A stretch of DNA of 64,000 nucleotides from Sarea resinae (Eukaryota): assembly GCA_026026165.1 (NCBI GenBank), contig JAPEUD010000006.1:310001-374000 (forward strand), given 5' to 3'. The notes under the pieces were generated by a model. It saw only the letters and a list, made by a program, of their open reading frames with translations, did no database searches and was not told the origin of the DNA. Both the position numbers and the translations under genes were made by a program. Shown piece after piece: positions 61,872 to 64,000 of the stretch (position 1 is its first letter; each line of letters begins with the position of its first letter).

Positions 61872-64000
61872 ATGGCTACCAAAAGTACTTTTCCAGTGCT
61901 GAAGGTGCGCCAAAATGTGGGACGATCAACTTCATATGCTAAACCTTCTCTTCTCCGACCTCCTGAGCCGACTGAACGCCAAAGCTTTGAAGTAGTCCAG
62001 ACTTTGCTTCGGGTAGGGGTAAGCTTCAATGATATGGATGAGGCAAGTATCCTAATACTGACACTCAGAACAATCAGGTCAGCCATATTGCCTTCCTCAG
62101 GTGAGCTTCTACCGCGTACCCTTTATTCTAGCTAATGGAACAAGGGACTTCTTCGATGAAGATTGCTTCGAAAATCGCTACTACGACAAGAGATCCTCTA
62201 TGTGTTCGTACGAAAGCTTCATTAATGGCGACGAACCCTTCAATGAAATCGACCAAGGAGATGGTGGTTGCGATCGAAAGAAAGGACCAGCAAGTTCCAG
62301 GCTAAAGCTTCTTGTTCGGAATCGAGATCCGCGCGCAGACCGCCTGCTAGACTGGTTGGTGAGTATATTTGCCAGAAATACATGGATTTTATTGCGATGA
62401 CTGACTGGAAAAGGAACTCGGTATCTTCGAAGCAATTCAGTTCAATTTCCTAGCCGCTATGCAGATAACCGTCTATGCGGACAAGAAAGATCCCAAGAAC
62501 GTTCTCGAGACATATACTTTCAGTTTCAACTATACAACCAACGGAGAATCTGTGGATCGAAGTCTAGTTGGAGTGGAATTGGCCGGATCCAAGGGAAAGC
62601 CAGTAACAATAAGAGAGGTCAAGTACGATCTTCAGATGATGATTCTCCGTCTAACGGGAATCACGACTTTTCTTCCAGAGCTTCCAGGTGCGGAGAGACA
62701 TTCGACATGAAGGACATGTTCCCTCTGCTGACCAGCATGATCCTCCTAGACCGCCGATACGTCGCTGTCCACTTATTTTACACTGAATCTTGTCCGCCAG
62801 ATTATGAACCGAATGGCTTCAGAGAAGCCAAGGAAGACGGCATCTCTTTCCCGAACACCGAGAAATTGAAGAAAAGGACCGACGACTGTGGCAAACTGGA
62901 TTCTGGTTATCATGCGTAGGATACTTTCCACCTTTTGTATGTGCACTCCAATAATATTTGCTTAGGGTCGGCCTCAAAGTATCATATTCTCAGTGGATAG
63001 ACACGTGCGAGAGTGATTCTGGTAGTAGCCAAGACAATGCGCCAACGAGACGTGAAAGTCGGACTGAAGTCTCTCGCCAAGAAGATATCAATCTCGGTTC
63101 TGTATGGCACGAAGATGCTGGAGCAGATGGACAATATTCTCAACAAGGTGCAGAGCGACATGAGATGCCCGCTATCTCTGATGCAGAATCCTCCGAAAGG
63201 GACACAACAGTGCTGGAGTCCGAAAAGTCAGCGCAGGTCCTGCACGACAGTCTTAACAGTCAAGCTTCTATGGCATCAAATGACCGAAGAGATAGAGCAT
63301 GCTTAGAGCAAATGATAAAGGTGACTTACTCGCTCTGCACCATTTTGACCCAATCCTGATTCGAACTAGCCATCCCAGAATGCTCAATCCAACGATCTCA
63401 TTCCGACACAGAGAGTACAATCGTCCACTCCATCTGGCCGTGAAGTGAGAGCTCAAACGGGGTTGACTACTAAGGATTCGCGCCTACTTCTCAAGATACG
63501 CCTTGTTGAGTCAAAGCTTCGAGACCTCCAAAGCAGAAAGGACGAACTTGCGCGTGCTGCCAAGTCTCGCACCAGACAGATGAACCACAATAAACGACGA
63601 GGTGATCCAGCTGAGGATTCTTCAGACATTGTCAGCTGTCAGTGCGGCTGGGAAGATGAGGAGGATGGAATGGTATGTATCGTTATTCCTTTTGAAGCCC
63701 TAATTTTAATATTATCTAGGTTCAATGTGAATTTTGCAAAACCTGGCAACATCTACATTGCTATGGTTTCAAGGAAGAGGACGACCCTGCTTTGCCAGAA
63801 GGTCATGTCTGCTACAATTGTCTCCTCCATGGAATAGATCCACTATTGTTGGAGAGATTGAAGACACTGTCTTTGTATCGAAGAGCCGTCGATATCATCT
63901 ATGGCTTAGGATATCCATCGAATGAACGAGGTTTTGTCCAATTGCTTGGTAAGTCTTGTTGGATTCCACGTGATAACTCTTCTGACCTTGCCAGGTTGTA
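61872..64000 (+). CDS. HOP1: Meiotic axis HORMA-domain protein Hop1 with PHD finger (runs off the window's right edge)
   Basis: Exons 61872-62018, 62078-62100 (23-nt microexon), 62145-62358, 62414 onward. They give QSFEVVQTLLRVG-VSHIAFLR-DFFDEDCF...ADRLLDWL-ELGIFEAI...VLETYTFSFNY...LFYTESCPPDYEPNGF (HORMA), and later CQCGWEDEEDGM-VQCEFCKTWQHLHCYGF...HVCYNCL (PHD). Confidence 0.9.

Noticed and set aside
61872..64000. Mmi1-type DSR hexamers (TTAAAC/TCAAAC) in HOP1
   Set aside because: Only about one copy seen (near 63452), so there is no enrichment.

Overview
Gene-dense eukaryotic DNA from a filamentous ascomycete (Pezizomycotina-type short GT-AG introns with CTRAC branch points). I can support 17 protein-coding genes. 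In order: Sec3 (5' part only), an Srp40/Nopp140-like nucleolar protein, an F-box/beta-propeller protein, an intronless HeLo-like/NACHT/ankyrin NLR-type protein, epsin, a four-finger C2H2 transcription factor, the Nup98-Nup96 precursor, centrin Cdc31, the complex I 51 kDa subunit, an orphan gene, an NTF2/SnoaL-like protein, a DNAJC9-like J-protein, a Pcl-type cyclin, a hypothetical protein with an F-box-like motif, Cdc4, a multi-exon YTH-domain protein that the ORF track misses, and Hop1 (5' part only). I recognised no tRNA, rRNA, CRISPR array or intact transposon. The most notable observations are: (1) a divergent YTH domain that appears to lack two of the three m6A cage tryptophans and lies head-to-head with HOP1; (2) two in-frame splice donors that could switch a 34-aa Trp-rich segment in or out of the NTF2-like protein; (3) a weak, stop-containing intron that could uncouple Nup98 from Nup96; (4) a 9-mer, TACGGAGTA, present in at least 8 exact copies, all intergenic; (5) an ATG-free stretch of about 1.1 kb upstream of the cyclin. 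All gene models were assembled by eye and no database searches were run.
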